Below, in pieces: positions 62,922 to 64,000 of a stretch of DNA of 64,000 bases. The notes beneath the pieces were generated by a model, which searched no databases, had not been told where the DNA came from, and was given only the letters and a program-made list of their open reading frames with translations. The DNA is from a virus, in the IMG/VR virus record IMGVR_UViG_3300045988_089178; one strand, given 5' to 3'. Position numbers and translations under genes: made by a program. How positions within the stretch are numbered: the first letter of the stretch is position 1; the number at the start of each line of letters is the position of its first letter.

Positions 62922-63524
62922 TTATACCTTCAATCTCTTGTTAAGTTCAGCAATTAGCTCCTCATTAGTAAAGTCACTAAGAGACTTCTCATTTTTATCA
63001 AGAATGAAAGCCGGCGCCAGCCCGTAGCTGTTGCCGTAGGTGATGCGGTTCGCAGATCCATCGGTGTGGACAACGCAAACGTAGGTCGAGGCCCAATTAT
63101 CTTTCTCAGGAGATCCCCAAGGGGTAACAAGCCAGAACCAATTCTTGATATGAGGAGTTAGAATATGATTATACTTGCGATATTCGTCGAAGGTAAGGGG
63201 TGCAACAGCGGTATTTAGCGAACCATATCCTTTATATCCATCCATTGCAGTCAGGTCGACATCGCGCGGAATAGCCTTAATGCCAGTTTTCTTAAGCCAA
63301 GCCTCAGCGCCCTTCCGCAATGTACTCTCTTTATAGTTATTAGAATTTCCAAAAACAAAATCAATTCCCACTTCAAGTGCAATTACGAAGGGGTTACCAT
63401 CAATTTCGTCAAGAACAAGGCACTTTACTCCATTTACAGTAATAGTCTCACCAATCATATTTCTCTTCCTTTCTTTAATTAGAATACTCTTCAACCATTT
63501 GAGAAAGCATATCAATTTCATCAT
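62922..63524 (-). CDS. hypothetical protein
   Basis: 200-aa ORF. Confidence 0.3.
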   Translation of the reverse strand: MMKLICFLKWLKSILIKERKRNMIGETITVNGVKCLVLDEIDGNPFVIALEVGIDFVFGNSNNYKESTLRKGAEAWLKKTGIKAIPRDVDLTAMDGYKGYGSLNTAVAPLTFDEYRKYNHILTPHIKNWFWLVTPWGSPEKDNWASTYVCVVHTDGSANRITYGNSYGLAPAFILDKNEKSLSDFTNEELIAELNKRLKV

Positions 63525-64000
63525 CTGTTATGTTATCAAAAAAGATACCGTATTTTGCGCAGATTTGAGCTTGCTGAGATGGATCATTCATAGTCCATGG
63601 CTTTGAAGCCAATTCTCGAGCAGCCAGTTCAAAAGCGCCAGTGTATGCGAAAAATGACATATCCATATTTTATACCTCCTCTACAGAATCAAATTCATGA
63701 ATTAAGATTGTTCCATCACTGATTTTTTCTGCGCAAACAATGTGTTTAATTTCATATTTATTTTCATCGGGACAGTAAACAATATGTCCACTTTTTAGCA
63801 AGGAAAGAAAGTCACTTTGATAGTAAGTACGACCTCCGAACTCGTTGCAAATTTTAAGGCGAATTTTATATCCTTCATCAACAGAATAGAGATCTCTTAC
63901 ATTATTATCTACTTCGCATAACCGCCAAGTTGGGTCTCCATTATTAATGCTGACCCCAAGAACCGGAATAGGACTATAAGTTTCTTGAATAGCGAAGAAT

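Noticed and set aside
354-63000. Numerous plus-strand ORFs of 60-395 aa in the track (e.g. 26934..28121, 35246..35827, 35933..36517, 62026..62736)
   Set aside because: Each lies entirely inside a well-supported minus-strand gene, lacks an RBS and has low-complexity composition. These are antisense artefacts of an AT-rich genome. Only 59540..59698 has its own promoter, RBS and terminator.

Overview
This 64-kb window is AT-rich (about 30% GC) and almost every gene is on the minus strand. It looks like part of a large virulent phage genome with a Firmicutes-like host context. The supporting signals are AAGGAGG ribosome-binding sites, sigma70-type TTGAAA-N17-TATAAT promoters and rho-independent terminators. 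The main blocks, in order, are:

- **Replication and recombination:** DnaB helicase, Sak4-like ATPase, ThyX, ATP-dependent DNA ligase, type IIA topoisomerase A and B subunits, RNase H.
- **Lysis:** holin-like protein, amidase, lysozyme-like domain, SPOR/DUF2233 protein.
- **RNA repair:** PhoH-like ATPase, polynucleotide kinase, metallophosphoesterases, a Thg1-like protein, and an Rnl2-like RNA ligase further along.
- **NAD+ salvage island:** NadE, NadV, Prs, PncA.
- **Vault/Ro-like module:** a Major Vault Protein homologue next to a TROVE+vWA (Ro60/Rsr-like) gene, followed by a structured non-coding region.
- **Tail fibres:** a block of TAG-rich paralogous tail-fibre genes.
- **tRNA array:** about 10 kb carrying around 30 tRNAs that cover all 20 amino acids, plus a tmRNA.

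The strongest global signal is reassignment of the TAG stop codon. In-frame TAG codons sit inside conserved motifs of DnaB, ThyX, the amidase, UDG and all tail fibres. A tRNA with a canonical CU-CUA-AA anticodon loop (an amber suppressor) is encoded at 38271-38346. The most novel candidate is the phage-encoded vault/Ro-like RNP module together with the RNA-repair toolkit (Pnk, metallophosphoesterase, Thg1-like, Rnl2-like ligase, CYTH). All coordinates come from manual reading, so tRNA ends are good to roughly +/-3 nt. Product calls rest on motifs recalled from memory, not on database searches.
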